Position numbers and translations under genes: made by a program. This document shows, in pieces, positions 27,338-36,436 of a stretch of 64,000 nt of DNA (within the stretch, counting starts at the first letter, position 1; every line of letters begins with the position of its first letter). Origin of the DNA: a virus; the IMG/VR virus record IMGVR_UViG_3300050016_000116, positions 35,645 to 99,644 of that record, one strand, 5' to 3'. The notes beneath the pieces are model-generated. The model was not told the DNA's origin, searched no databases, and saw only the letters and a list, made by a program, of their open reading frames with translations.

Positions 27338-27673
27338 ATGACGACGGCACGTAAGATCCGACTCGACCTTGCAACCCCTGCGGAGGTGGCCATCCGTGCG
27401 GCACAAGCCGCCGTGGAGGCGGTCCCCATACAGGGCTACGTCGACCGCGACAAGCTGACGCAGGCGGCCATCAAGATCGCAGAGGCCCTCGACCTCGTCG
27501 GGTCGTACGTGGACGAACGGATGATGGAGGCCGAACTTTGCGGGTCACGCACTCCAGGCTCGTGGAAACAGACTGCCGATACCTTCGGGCGAAGACTGCG
27601 TCACTCGAAGACGATGCCGCTCTCGGACAGCGTGGACAAGCCATGCAGTAACCCGGACTGTTGCGAGCAATGA
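27338..27673 (+). CDS. Hypothetical protein
   Basis: AAGGA RBS; RLDLATPAEVAIRAA..AVE motif. Confidence 0.6.
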   Translation: MTTARKIRLDLATPAEVAIRAAQAAVEAVPIQGYVDRDKLTQAAIKIAEALDLVGSYVDERMMEAELCGSRTPGSWKQTADTFGRRLRHSKTMPLSDSVDKPCSNPDCCEQ

Positions 27674-27979
27674 GCAAGATTCAGAGTGAGGTAAACGAGC
27701 GCTGGTCACGACAGCTCGGGAACCCGTGTCACAAGTCGGCCGGCACCGACCATGGACCGAAGGTCCGTCTGAAGGAGCGAAGCGCATGACCAGGATGATG
27801 AAGCTCAATATCGTCGATGTTGGGTGTCGGCTGTTACTGATCTCAGTGTGCCTGGTGCGCGGGCTGACGTCGCACGACCACGACTGGCTGTGGATTGGAG
27901 GGCTCTTCGCGCTCTTTCTTCCGAAGTCCATCAAACACCTGATACGCATGCGCGCTGGAGCGCAGGAGGAGAAGGGGAC

Positions 27980-28273
27980 ATGGCGGTAGATGCGAAGGGT
28001 CAGGAAGAGGCGCGCAAGCGGCGCGAGGTCGGGGCATGGTCGACGCCGGAGCGAGAGGCCCTACTTCAGCGCGTGCGTCCCATGACGGCACACGCAACGA
28101 AGGACGACCTCCTAGAGTTCGCACGTATCGAGTTGGAAGATGCTCTCGACAACGTCGAACCCATCGAAGGAGGGAGTCCGTTCCACGCTGGATGCTGTGT
28201 GATGCGGGCACGCGCGGCCATCGTGCGTGTACGTGATCGACTCCGTCTGTCCCCACCCGAAGAGGCCAAATAA
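27980..28273 (+). CDS. Hypothetical protein in a cassette-like variable region
   Basis: Starts after a 27-bp RBS-containing repeat; ends at TAACGTGCGCGC. Confidence 0.5.
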   Translation: MAVDAKGQEEARKRREVGAWSTPEREALLQRVRPMTAHATKDDLLEFARIELEDALDNVEPIEGGSPFHAGCCVMRARAAIVRVRDRLRLSPPEEAK

Positions 28274-29163
28274 CGTGCGCGCTGGAGCGCAGGAGGAGAA
28301 GGCAATGCAGTACCTACTTGTGGAGATTCTTCGAGGGGGCCGCGCGGTCGATTGTGCCTGTGGGAAGGCGACTTCGCTTCTGAGCACGCCCCGCGAGTGT
28401 GAGGCGTGCGGCGACTCCTACCGGACGGATGGGCCGGACTCGTGAAGGTGCAGAGCACGCACCGTGCGCGCGAGCAAGAGATGACGCGGGAGGCGTTCCG
28501 TGCGTGGGCACGTACGGCGAGCAAGACCTTCGCCGCTGCCGGTCGGGTGTCCACCATCAACCGCGCCTTTGCTGAGCGGATTCGCCACTACGACGCAGAG
28601 CTTGCGGATCTGTACGTGCGGCTCGCAGTAGCGAACGAGGCGATACGGGCTCACCTATTGGCTCGGGCGGGGCGATAACCGTGCGCGCGGGACGAAGCGA
28701 CAGAGAGGAGCAGTAGCGAGATGGGATGCCAGCACGGACACGCGATTGCAGAGTGCCCAGACCGGCGATGTCAGGGTGGAGAGAACACCGCGGACACGAT
28801 CGCGGAGTGGCTGGCCGGACGTAGCCTATCGACGGTAGACGAGCCGCCCGCGCCGCACCGACACGTCTCACGGTCCGCGCGATTCGATTGGAGCGTGTGT
28901 GAGGTGCGGCGCGCTCGATGGGCAGTCGTGCGTGGAGCTGTACGCCACGGCGGGCCGATAACGTGCGCGCGACTGATTGGAGGACAGATGAACTGTGCAG
29001 GTAGAGGCGATTGCGGCGCTGCCCGGTCTGTGAGACCCACTACAACAGCGAGGCTCTGAGTGCGCCGCCGAGGTGCGACCGACGCCGCGGAGACTATGTG
29101 TCGTGGCCGTGGATGTTGTAGGCGGCACTGGAACCAGGCATGCACGAGGAGTAGGGAGAACGG

Positions 29164-29742
29164 ATGAACCTTCGAGAGATTCAGCGAGAACAAGTCGAGT
29201 GGGTGGCGAAGAACTTCGGCACGCGTCCTTCCTGGCAACCGTTCGTTGGGATGGTGGAGGAGATTGGAGAGCTTGAAGCGGCAGCGTGGCAGAAGCCGGA
29301 CGACATCTACGACGCGATCGGAGACATCGTCATCTTCATGTCTGACTTCTGCACTCTCGAAGGGGTCGACCTCCTTCAGCTCTACGAAGAGTCGCAGGAC
29401 TTTGTCGTGAACGGACAGGACTGGTCGATCTCGATCACTTCCTGTCTCGCTTGGGTTGCGCGAGGCTTCCTGAAGAAGGCACAAGGCGTGCGGGGAACTC
29501 CCGAAGAGAATCAGCTCAAGATGCGCGAAGGGCTCCGGGGAGTTCTCGCCCATCTCGACCTCACTCTCGTCCGGTACCGGAGGACCCTTCCCGAGGTCGT
29601 CACCGAGGTCTGGTTGGAGGTCCGGAAGAGGGATTGGAAGCTGTACCCGGCAACGGGTCTTCCTGCCACCCAGGAGCCTCTAGGACGTGTTACGGAGCCC
29701 GCTCCACCCTCCGGGTCATTCCGGGGAGAGGATGTCACCTAG
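29164..29742 (+). CDS. MazG-like NTP pyrophosphohydrolase
   Basis: GMVEEIGEL...DAIGDIVIF...V..EV.KRDWK. Confidence 0.8.
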   Translation: MNLREIQREQVEWVAKNFGTRPSWQPFVGMVEEIGELEAAAWQKPDDIYDAIGDIVIFMSDFCTLEGVDLLQLYEESQDFVVNGQDWSISITSCLAWVARGFLKKAQGVRGTPEENQLKMREGLRGVLAHLDLTLVRYRRTLPEVVTEVWLEVRKRDWKLYPATGLPATQEPLGRVTEPAPPSGSFRGEDVT

Positions 29743-29792
29743 AGGCTCCTAGGAGCGCGGCACTCAGGATTCGAAAAGCGCTTTTCGAATCC
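29672..29792. repeat. Composite element: CTAG-rich inverted repeat plus the 20-bp palindrome (other copies at 34376-34494 and 62352-62469)
   Basis: AGGAGCCTCTAGG...53 bp...CCTAGAGGCTCCT followed by the palindrome; same geometry in three places. Confidence 0.8.
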
Positions 29793-29804
29793 AAGGAGGT
29801 CATC

Positions 29805-30044
29805 ATGTTCGTCACCGTTACCCGCCAGGTAGGTTCCGTCACCGTCACCGCGAGCGAACCCCTGGACTCGGGGATCCTCGCAGAGATCGCGATGCGCTCC
29901 CAAGTCAGGATGTCGGACGCCCCAGACGGGACTCCGGTTCGCTTCCTCGCAGAGTTCGTTGGTTCCAAGCACGCGGACAACACGACCGGACCCACTCACA
30001 CCTTCGAGCTGGGGGACATCGTGCAGAACAAGGCGCAGCCATGA
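29805..30044 (+). CDS. Hypothetical protein
   Basis: AAGGAGG RBS immediately after the palindrome. Confidence 0.6.
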   Translation: MFVTVTRQVGSVTVTASEPLDSGILAEIAMRSQVRMSDAPDGTPVRFLAEFVGSKHADNTTGPTHTFELGDIVQNKAQP

Positions 30045-30364
30045 AGCCCAACGATTCGTTCCGTGCGAAGCGGGAGCTGGTGGAGAAGGACGCAGAGCTA
30101 CTTGCAGACGCGATCGTTCACGAGAAGACCTCCGTGAAGCAGCAGGAGATGTTCGAGGACATCCAGTCCAAGACGGTCCTGCGCGGGTTCCCTCTCTCGG
30201 AGAAGCAGAGGGCTTGGGTTACGGCAGCTTCGAAGGGGGAGCGCTACGAAGCCGAAGAGGAGTACCAGAACTCCATCTCCTCCGGTGCAGCTCCACGTGG
30301 GAGGGAAGTCCCCTTGCTCGTGGACCAATTCCCGAAGCCCAAGCAACCTCCGGGACGAACGTGA
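30041..30364 (+). CDS. Hypothetical protein
   Basis: ATGA overlap; LSEKQRAW motif. Confidence 0.6.
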   Translation: MKPNDSFRAKRELVEKDAELLADAIVHEKTSVKQQEMFEDIQSKTVLRGFPLSEKQRAWVTAASKGERYEAEEEYQNSISSGAAPRGREVPLLVDQFPKPKQPPGRT

Positions 30365-30768
30365 GCACTCGGGAGTTCGATGAGGCGCACTTCACCCGTC
30401 TTGAGGCGGATGCACGAAAGATGGGTGACCCCGAGCAGTTGGTGCGGGAGGTTGCGCACAAGAACGGGGTTCGGACCAGTGACTTGCTCAGCCGCTCGCG
30501 TCATCACCATCTCGTTCTCGCTCGATATGAGCTTTACAAGGTGTTGCGTGCGTGGGGTTGGAGCTACCCGGCGATCGGTGCGTTCGTAGGACGGGATCAC
30601 ACTACGGTCCTGGCAGCGATCAAGGTCCCTCCCGATGGAACAGTGACGTCATCTCCTTCGTATCCACATCCAGATGCTCCGGTGAAGCCAGTGAAACGAG
30701 GTCGACCGTGCCGTATCGACTACGTGAGGGATGAGAACGGGAACCTCATTCGATCCAGGCGGCACTGA
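30361..30768 (+). CDS. DnaA C-terminal-like HTH DNA-binding protein
   Basis: DLLSRSR...LVLAR...SYPAIGAFVGRDHTTVL. Confidence 0.8.
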   Translation: MSTREFDEAHFTRLEADARKMGDPEQLVREVAHKNGVRTSDLLSRSRHHHLVLARYELYKVLRAWGWSYPAIGAFVGRDHTTVLAAIKVPPDGTVTSSPSYPHPDAPVKPVKRGRPCRIDYVRDENGNLIRSRRH

Positions 30769-30944
30769 TGGGGCGCCCGAAGAAGCTCCAACCGTTGAAC
30801 GTGAAGCTCAACGTGATGCTGACAGAGCAGATGTTCGAGTGTCTCTTTGAGCTGGCGAAGCGGGAGGAGATCAATCCCTCCGCCATGGTCAGGGCTCTCA
30901 TCGCGAGGGAAGCGCAGCGGGTTCTCGGGCGCAGCGGGCGGTAA
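30768..30944 (+). CDS. Ribbon-helix-helix (CopG/Arc-like) regulator, 58 aa, absent from the ORF track
   Basis: MGRPKK...KLNVMLTEQMFECLFELAKREEINPSAMVRALIARE; TGATG coupling. Confidence 0.75.
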   Translation: MGRPKKLQPLNVKLNVMLTEQMFECLFELAKREEINPSAMVRALIAREAQRVLGRSGR

Positions 30945-30964
30945 GAAGTGGTAGGGTTTGGCCC

Positions 30965-31237
30965 ATGGCCAAGTCGCTCCACGATCTCGCATCCGAGGCT
31001 TCGAAGAAAGCGAAGCGCACGGGCACTCCCGAGGCACATCGTGATGCCGCTGCTGCCCAGCAGCGGGCTGCGGTGTTCGCGAAGAACGAAGGGGACCGGG
31101 AGTGCGCAGCTTCTCATGCAGAGGCAGCCGCGAAGCATCGGCGCAAGGCGAAGAAGGCAGACGAGAACTCGGACTCCTCTTCTGTCCAGGCAGAGGACAA
31201 CCCGATGTTCACCTGGGCAACGGCGAAGCAGCAGTGA
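30965..31237 (+). CDS. His/Ala-rich helical protein ending AEDNPMFTW
   Basis: TAGGGT-N7-ATG; AHRDAA...HAEAAAKH. Confidence 0.65.
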   Translation: MAKSLHDLASEASKKAKRTGTPEAHRDAAAAQQRAAVFAKNEGDRECAASHAEAAAKHRRKAKKADENSDSSSVQAEDNPMFTWATAKQQ

Positions 31238-31686
31238 GCCTGGGCGCCTGGGTACGTGCGAAGGGCAAGGTGGAGGACGCGGTAGATCGTCTTCACCAGC
31301 TCCCCCCGTCCAAGTCGGGCAAGGGAGTGCGCGTGCCCTTCCCCTACGTCTCCCGGGATTCGTACAAGAGCCAGTTCTCCAACGAGGAGATCAACCACCT
31401 CATCGTGAGCGCACCGAGGAAGAGCGTTCCTCTCTCGACCCTGCACGCGATCCAGCACTCCGTCCGAGCGGACCGGGTGAAGGAGTACATCAAGTATCCC
31501 GAGGTGGTTCCCGAAGGGGCGAAGCACGCGCTGGCGCACACCCCGGTAGACGTTCCGATCGTCATCCATCACAACGGGGTGAACCTCCTGCACGATGGCC
31601 ATCATCGAGCTACCGCGTCTCAGCTCTCGGGTGAGAAGACGATCGAGGCGCGGTACATCGATCTTGACGCGGTGGTGAAGGTCTGA
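31234..31686 (+). CDS. ParB/Srx-like domain protein
   Basis: GTGA overlap; PIVI....LLHDGHHRATA...G...I.A. Confidence 0.75.
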   Translation: MSLGAWVRAKGKVEDAVDRLHQLPPSKSGKGVRVPFPYVSRDSYKSQFSNEEINHLIVSAPRKSVPLSTLHAIQHSVRADRVKEYIKYPEVVPEGAKHALAHTPVDVPIVIHHNGVNLLHDGHHRATASQLSGEKTIEARYIDLDAVVKV

Positions 31687-31707
31687 AGTCAGCGGCACTC
31701 TCTGGGG

Positions 31708-32625
31708 GTGAGTGACAACAAGCTGCTTGAGAAGCTCCAGAAGCTCTATCGTCTTGCTCTCCTCAACGAGAACGAAGCCGAAGATCCCACGCGTCAGAAC
31801 GAAGCGCGCACGGCCGCATTCCTGCTCCTGAAGACAGCACGGGAGAACGGGGTGAAGATCAAGTTTGAGGTCCCCCGGCAAGCGAATGCGCCGAGGCGCC
31901 CAACGACCATCGAGGGGGTTCGGGTGGACCCGGGTGACATCTTCGAAGGGTTCATGAAGGACGTGGTGGAAGAAGCCGCACGTAGGAGGGCTGCGGGGGA
32001 AGGACCGTTTGGGAGCCCGTTCCGCCCACCTCCTGCACGCGGGAGGCGTCCTCCGTCCCAAGGGTGGTCTGGTTCCCCGCCAGTGGACGACTTCTCAGGT
32101 GGAGTTGCTCAACCGAGAAAGTCCCACTTTTCGAGGTCTGATTGCGTCATCGTCGAAGTCAGGGTGAACGGAAACCGTGATTGTGCGGTTTGCGGGGAGG
32201 TCATCCAGTCTGGGCTCATGGCGTGGATGCTCCAGGGATTCGGCTTCGCTCACCGTGGGCTGAACTACGTTGGTCACACCTGCAAGTGCGACGAAGGGTT
32301 GCAGCAGAAGTGGGAGGAAGAAAAACTACGGAAGAAGACAGATTACGTACGGGACAAGCAGTACGGACAGGGAGAAGGACCGTTTGGGAACGAGTTCCCC
32401 ACCGAGCCGACTCTCATCACTGCGAAACAGGGTGGATTCTGCAACGAATGCGACATCGGATTCGCAGTAGGGGATGACGTCTGGTGGCTCGGCGGAATCG
32501 GATTCACTCACGAGTCTTGTGGGAATGGATCGCTCAGGCAATCGCGCGCAGATCGGGAAGCACGCTCCGGGGTCAAACACGATTGGGAGGAAGTGAAGCG
32601 GGGTCGTAAGCGCAGCAATCCGTGA
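31708..32625 (+). CDS. DUF2786-like N-terminus plus two Zn-binding repeats
   Basis: KLLEKLQKLYRLA...NEARTAA; CAVCGE...H and CNEC...HESC. Confidence 0.6.
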   Translation: MSDNKLLEKLQKLYRLALLNENEAEDPTRQNEARTAAFLLLKTARENGVKIKFEVPRQANAPRRPTTIEGVRVDPGDIFEGFMKDVVEEAARRRAAGEGPFGSPFRPPPARGRRPPSQGWSGSPPVDDFSGGVAQPRKSHFSRSDCVIVEVRVNGNRDCAVCGEVIQSGLMAWMLQGFGFAHRGLNYVGHTCKCDEGLQQKWEEEKLRKKTDYVRDKQYGQGEGPFGNEFPTEPTLITAKQGGFCNECDIGFAVGDDVWWLGGIGFTHESCGNGSLRQSRADREARSGVKHDWEEVKRGRKRSNP

Positions 32626-32638
32626 TAACTTCTGACGC

Positions 32639-33094
32639 GTGACGACCCGAAACATTGTCCGACCTCTCACCCGAGGCGACACGTTCAACTTCCAGGCGCC
32701 GGTCTACGCGGCCAACTTCGCGCTGGGGGTGAACTCTCCGTACACCGCAGGACCGTTCCCCCCGTACTCGGGACCAGGCAACACCCCTCTGGAGAACCTG
32801 ACGGGCTGGTCGGGATACTGCACCCTCAAGTACGACACTCAGGTGCCGGACCAAGCCGCGATCTACCAGGCGACCTCGGGTGTGGTCGGTGGAGTCTCCT
32901 TCCCCACTCCTGCGACGCAGGGTGTTGTCCAGGTCGTCATCCCCGGGTCTGCTACCGCGTTGCTCGCAGACGGAACGGTGACGATCCTCTACGACATCAA
33001 GCTCATCGATCCGACCGGCAACGAGTGGACGGTGGAGTCTGGTTGTATCCAGCTCTTCGCGAACGTCACGCGCGCTGCAGTTGTGCCTCCCTGA
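32639..33094 (+). CDS. BppU-N-like virion adaptor protein
   Basis: RGDT...LTGW...G.V.V.I....T..L....YDI.L.......G.......VTR pattern. Confidence 0.65.
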   Translation: MTTRNIVRPLTRGDTFNFQAPVYAANFALGVNSPYTAGPFPPYSGPGNTPLENLTGWSGYCTLKYDTQVPDQAAIYQATSGVVGGVSFPTPATQGVVQVVIPGSATALLADGTVTILYDIKLIDPTGNEWTVESGCIQLFANVTRAAVVPP

Positions 33095-33116
33095 CCTCTC
33101 GGGTAGGCTCCGCACC

Positions 33117-34010
33117 ATGGCGCTTTCCACTGAGTACAAGGGCAAGTACGGCAAGGGCGGTAGGAGTGACAGCGAGGCATCCCTCGCAGCGCTCGTGACA
33201 GCGGGGACTCCCCAGCTCTCGGTCCGGCACCTTCTCGGGGGTGCGATGCGTCTCCCTGCTTCGTTCTCCCTGGAGCAGTACGTCCAGTCGGTCTTCGACC
33301 AGGGGCAGACCTCCTCCTGCGTCGGATGGGCGCTCGCGCAGGCGATCTTCCTGCGATGCCTCGTGATGGGCGTGCGGATCGCGTTCCCTTCCCCCGAGTG
33401 CATCTACGTGGTCGCTCGTGCGATGGAGAGGCAGCTCCAGAACCTCACCCCGGCTCAAGCTCCTCTCGCGGACGAGGGATCAGAGCCCGCGCTGGCATGG
33501 CTCGGTCTCGCGCAGTGGGGAGCCGCGAGCAGTGATGCGTGGCCGTTCGACGCAGCGACCATCAACAATGAGCCCGATCTTGAATTGCTGGAGATCGCGA
33601 GTGCGTTCAAGGTCACCGGCTACTACAAGTTGTCATCGACGGGTGCACAGCGTTCGATCGACGTCCAGCAGGCGATCTCTTCCGGCTATCCGGTCTCCAT
33701 CGGAGTCGACGTGGATCAAGCCTTCGAGTCGTACAACGGGGGCAAGACGAACGGTGTCCCGAACTACGTCACGCAACCGGACAAGAAAGCTCTCCTGGGA
33801 GGGCATGAGCTGCATCTTGTCGGGTTCCAGAACTTCCCGAACGGGAAGACCCTCTACCGTGGCGTGAACCAGTGGACTACCGGGTGGGGTGATTCGGGTC
33901 TCTTCTGGGCGGACGATCCTTGGATCCAGGACTCGGATGCGGAAGCCACCGTGGTCACGGTTGGTCCTACGGGTCACGAAGGCGGGATGAACCGAAAGGT
34001 GGCGGCGTGA
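33117..34010 (+). CDS. Papain-like (C1) cysteine peptidase
   Basis: DQGQTSSCVGWA, GGHELHLVGF, NQWTTGWGDSG. Confidence 0.88.
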   Translation: MALSTEYKGKYGKGGRSDSEASLAALVTAGTPQLSVRHLLGGAMRLPASFSLEQYVQSVFDQGQTSSCVGWALAQAIFLRCLVMGVRIAFPSPECIYVVARAMERQLQNLTPAQAPLADEGSEPALAWLGLAQWGAASSDAWPFDAATINNEPDLELLEIASAFKVTGYYKLSSTGAQRSIDVQQAISSGYPVSIGVDVDQAFESYNGGKTNGVPNYVTQPDKKALLGGHELHLVGFQNFPNGKTLYRGVNQWTTGWGDSGLFWADDPWIQDSDAEATVVTVGPTGHEGGMNRKVAA

Positions 34011-34360
34011 TGCGAGCAATCGGTGGAACCCTCGTGGCGCTCTTCCTCACGTGCATCGTCGGGTTGATGCTCACTGCTTGTCCGCAGCAACCCATCGTCC
34101 CTCCTGGGGATGCGGATGCGACCCCCAACCCCATCGTGGTTGTGACGACAATCAACACGTGTGCCCTGGCTTGTACGAATCTCCGAGCTGTTCCCTGTCC
34201 CGAGGGATGGAGCGTGGACGGAGGGGACACTTGCGAGGTCGTCTGCGGCAAGACCCTTGGCGGGACATTCGACATGAACCCGACGTGTCTTCTGGACCCT
34301 TCGAAGAAGACGGGGGATGCGATACGTACCTGCAAGACGGTGAAGTGCGCCGGTCACTGA
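34010..34360 (+). CDS. Cys-rich lipoprotein
   Basis: Signal peptide with LTAC lipobox; eight further Cys. Confidence 0.7.
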   Translation: MRAIGGTLVALFLTCIVGLMLTACPQQPIVPPGDADATPNPIVVVTTINTCALACTNLRAVPCPEGWSVDGGDTCEVVCGKTLGGTFDMNPTCLLDPSKKTGDAIRTCKTVKCAGH

Positions 34361-34508
34361 TTACGGCTCCCTGTCGCCTCAAGGACGCGTTTTCAGCCCA
34401 AGGTTGACCCGAGACCCATCCAAGGGTCGGTAGTGCGTCCTAGGGGCTCCTAGACCCATCCGTGGTACGGATTCGAAAAGCGCTTTTCGAATCCAGGAGG
34501 AGCCCCCC

Positions 34509-35237
34509 ATGACTGTTACCGGACTCGACCTCAGCAGTGTTCAGGGAATCATCACGCCATCTCAGATGGGTTCGGTGAAGGCAAGGGGAACAAGGTTCCT
34601 CATTGCGAAGGTCGGCAACGGGAACTCCAAACCTGATCCCGACTGGCGGGTGAACTTTGATCTTGCACGCACGTTCGACTTCATTCGTGGCATCTATCAC
34701 TTCCTCTACCTTGGTCTCCCCATCGACCCGAACCACCCGGGCAGAGGACCCGAGGAGCAGGCAGAGGCACACTACAAGGCGTGTGCGGGGTTGGGTTCGA
34801 ACACGGGAGACCTCCCCGCTACCGCAGACTTCGAGTGGCCGGATTCGTCCCTCTGGGGCAAGCCCATCCCCGGGGTAGAGAACTCCGTGGTGTCGAAGGC
34901 AGCAGCTCAGGATTGCGCACTCCGCTACCTCGCCAGGTACAAGGCGCTCCAGGGTCGACCGATGATGGTCTACGGCTCTCCCTGGTTCCTCCACATGCTC
35001 GATCTCCCGGTGGAGGTGAACGAGTGCCCGCTCTGGGCAGCGGCGTACGCGAAGAACATTCCCCCGATTCATCCGTGGGCGGGATGGTCCCTCTGGCAGA
35101 CAGGGGGAGGCTCCCTTCAACGACTCCCGAGTGGAGTGCCGGTGGACACGGACGAGTGCGTGGATGAAGCGACACTCTTTCGTCTGCTGGGAACTCCCGA
35201 TCCCACCGCGGATACGGATCCCCCTCCCGCGACTTGA
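34509..35237 (+). CDS. Endolysin, glycoside hydrolase family 25
   Basis: GLDLSSVQG, GIYHF, ADFE, MVYG, PLWAAAY, WSLWQ, VDTD. Confidence 0.88.
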   Translation: MTVTGLDLSSVQGIITPSQMGSVKARGTRFLIAKVGNGNSKPDPDWRVNFDLARTFDFIRGIYHFLYLGLPIDPNHPGRGPEEQAEAHYKACAGLGSNTGDLPATADFEWPDSSLWGKPIPGVENSVVSKAAAQDCALRYLARYKALQGRPMMVYGSPWFLHMLDLPVEVNECPLWAAAYAKNIPPIHPWAGWSLWQTGGGSLQRLPSGVPVDTDECVDEATLFRLLGTPDPTADTDPPPAT

Positions 35238-35285
35238 ACGGCAGACGGAGGGGATGAACCCTTCCCGCATGCTAGAACCGCGCGC

Positions 35286-35762
35286 ATGATGACCCTTCAT
35301 GCTGCCTTGGTTGCCTACGTTCTGACCGCCATGTGCTCTTGGTTGCCGATGCGCCACTGGCAGACGCTCGACTACCAGATCATCGCAGAGGCGAGCGTCA
35401 CGGCTGCTTCAGAGGATCCCGAGGACGCCATTCAACTCGTCGCTATTGCGTCCTTCGAGAGTCGGTTCGCAGTCACCGCACACGGCAAGCTCGGGGAGAT
35501 CGGCGCGTTCCAACTTCGTCCCTTCTTCACCAAGCCAGCGTCTTGTGCGCCTTGGTCCGAGCACCCGATGACAACCTGCACCCCGACCGAGCAAGCGCGC
35601 ATGGCGCTCTACCGATGGAAGACGATGGGACGGTGTTCGTACACGGGGGAAGCGCCAGCGTCAGAGTGTCCTTTCGCAGACCACCGCTACCTGCGTGCGT
35701 TCGACTACAGCTATGCCCATCCCTTCGTTCCTCCGAGTCAAGAGGTGGTCGCGGCTCGATGA
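35286..35762 (+). CDS. Lysozyme-like/lytic transglycosylase with an N-terminal hydrophobic segment
   Basis: LVAIASFESRF...GEIGAFQL. Confidence 0.65.
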   Translation: MMTLHAALVAYVLTAMCSWLPMRHWQTLDYQIIAEASVTAASEDPEDAIQLVAIASFESRFAVTAHGKLGEIGAFQLRPFFTKPASCAPWSEHPMTTCTPTEQARMALYRWKTMGRCSYTGEAPASECPFADHRYLRAFDYSYAHPFVPPSQEVVAAR

Positions 35763-35794
35763 CGTGAGGTAGAGTGCTTCCTCTGGAGGCGCTC

Positions 35795-36382
35795 ATGTCC
35801 GAAACAACCAACGATCACTTCATCGTCACCCACGATCCCGAGAACGAGTATTGGGACGGCTCTCTCGTCTCTCCCGGGGTCAAGGACCAGCTCGAAGCTC
35901 GGGGAGTTGTTCTGCTCCCCACCCTTCCCATGCTCTTCCGGCTCTCGGGAGTCGGAGGGTACGCGAAGCGCGCATGGGGAGCGGGGCTCTCCCTGGGGGC
36001 CACCCAACCTCGCATCCACGCGCCGCTGACGATGTACTGCTCAGCGCAGCACGCAGCGCTCCATTGGGCAGCGCGGCTCATCCCGGAGCCCGACTTCCTG
36101 AAGAAGCTTGACCGGGACATCCCTGAGCTTCTCGTGGGGTTCCTCAAGATCTCGATCGACGCTTCCCAGGTCATCGCGAACAAGGCAGGCGTCACCCCGC
36201 GGGACTCGGGGGTGGACATCCGGGCGCTCACGAAGATGAAGCTTTCGAAGACGGGGGACTTTCTAGTCCAAGGCAGCGCGACGATCCGGTGCCCGACAGA
36301 CGGTCACTACGGCTTCGGGCTCTACGGGTATGCCCCGGGTCTGAGGCTCGTTTGGGCTGCGGTCTCCCAAGCGGCTCAGTAG
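35795..36382 (+). CDS. Hypothetical protein
   Basis: GGAGG RBS before MSETT. Confidence 0.6.
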   Translation: MSETTNDHFIVTHDPENEYWDGSLVSPGVKDQLEARGVVLLPTLPMLFRLSGVGGYAKRAWGAGLSLGATQPRIHAPLTMYCSAQHAALHWAARLIPEPDFLKKLDRDIPELLVGFLKISIDASQVIANKAGVTPRDSGVDIRALTKMKLSKTGDFLVQGSATIRCPTDGHYGFGLYGYAPGLRLVWAAVSQAAQ

Positions 36383-36436
36383 CAAGTAGGGGCTCTCTCG
36401 TGTAGGTTCCTCCTTCAGCAGGAGGTTCACCTACCG

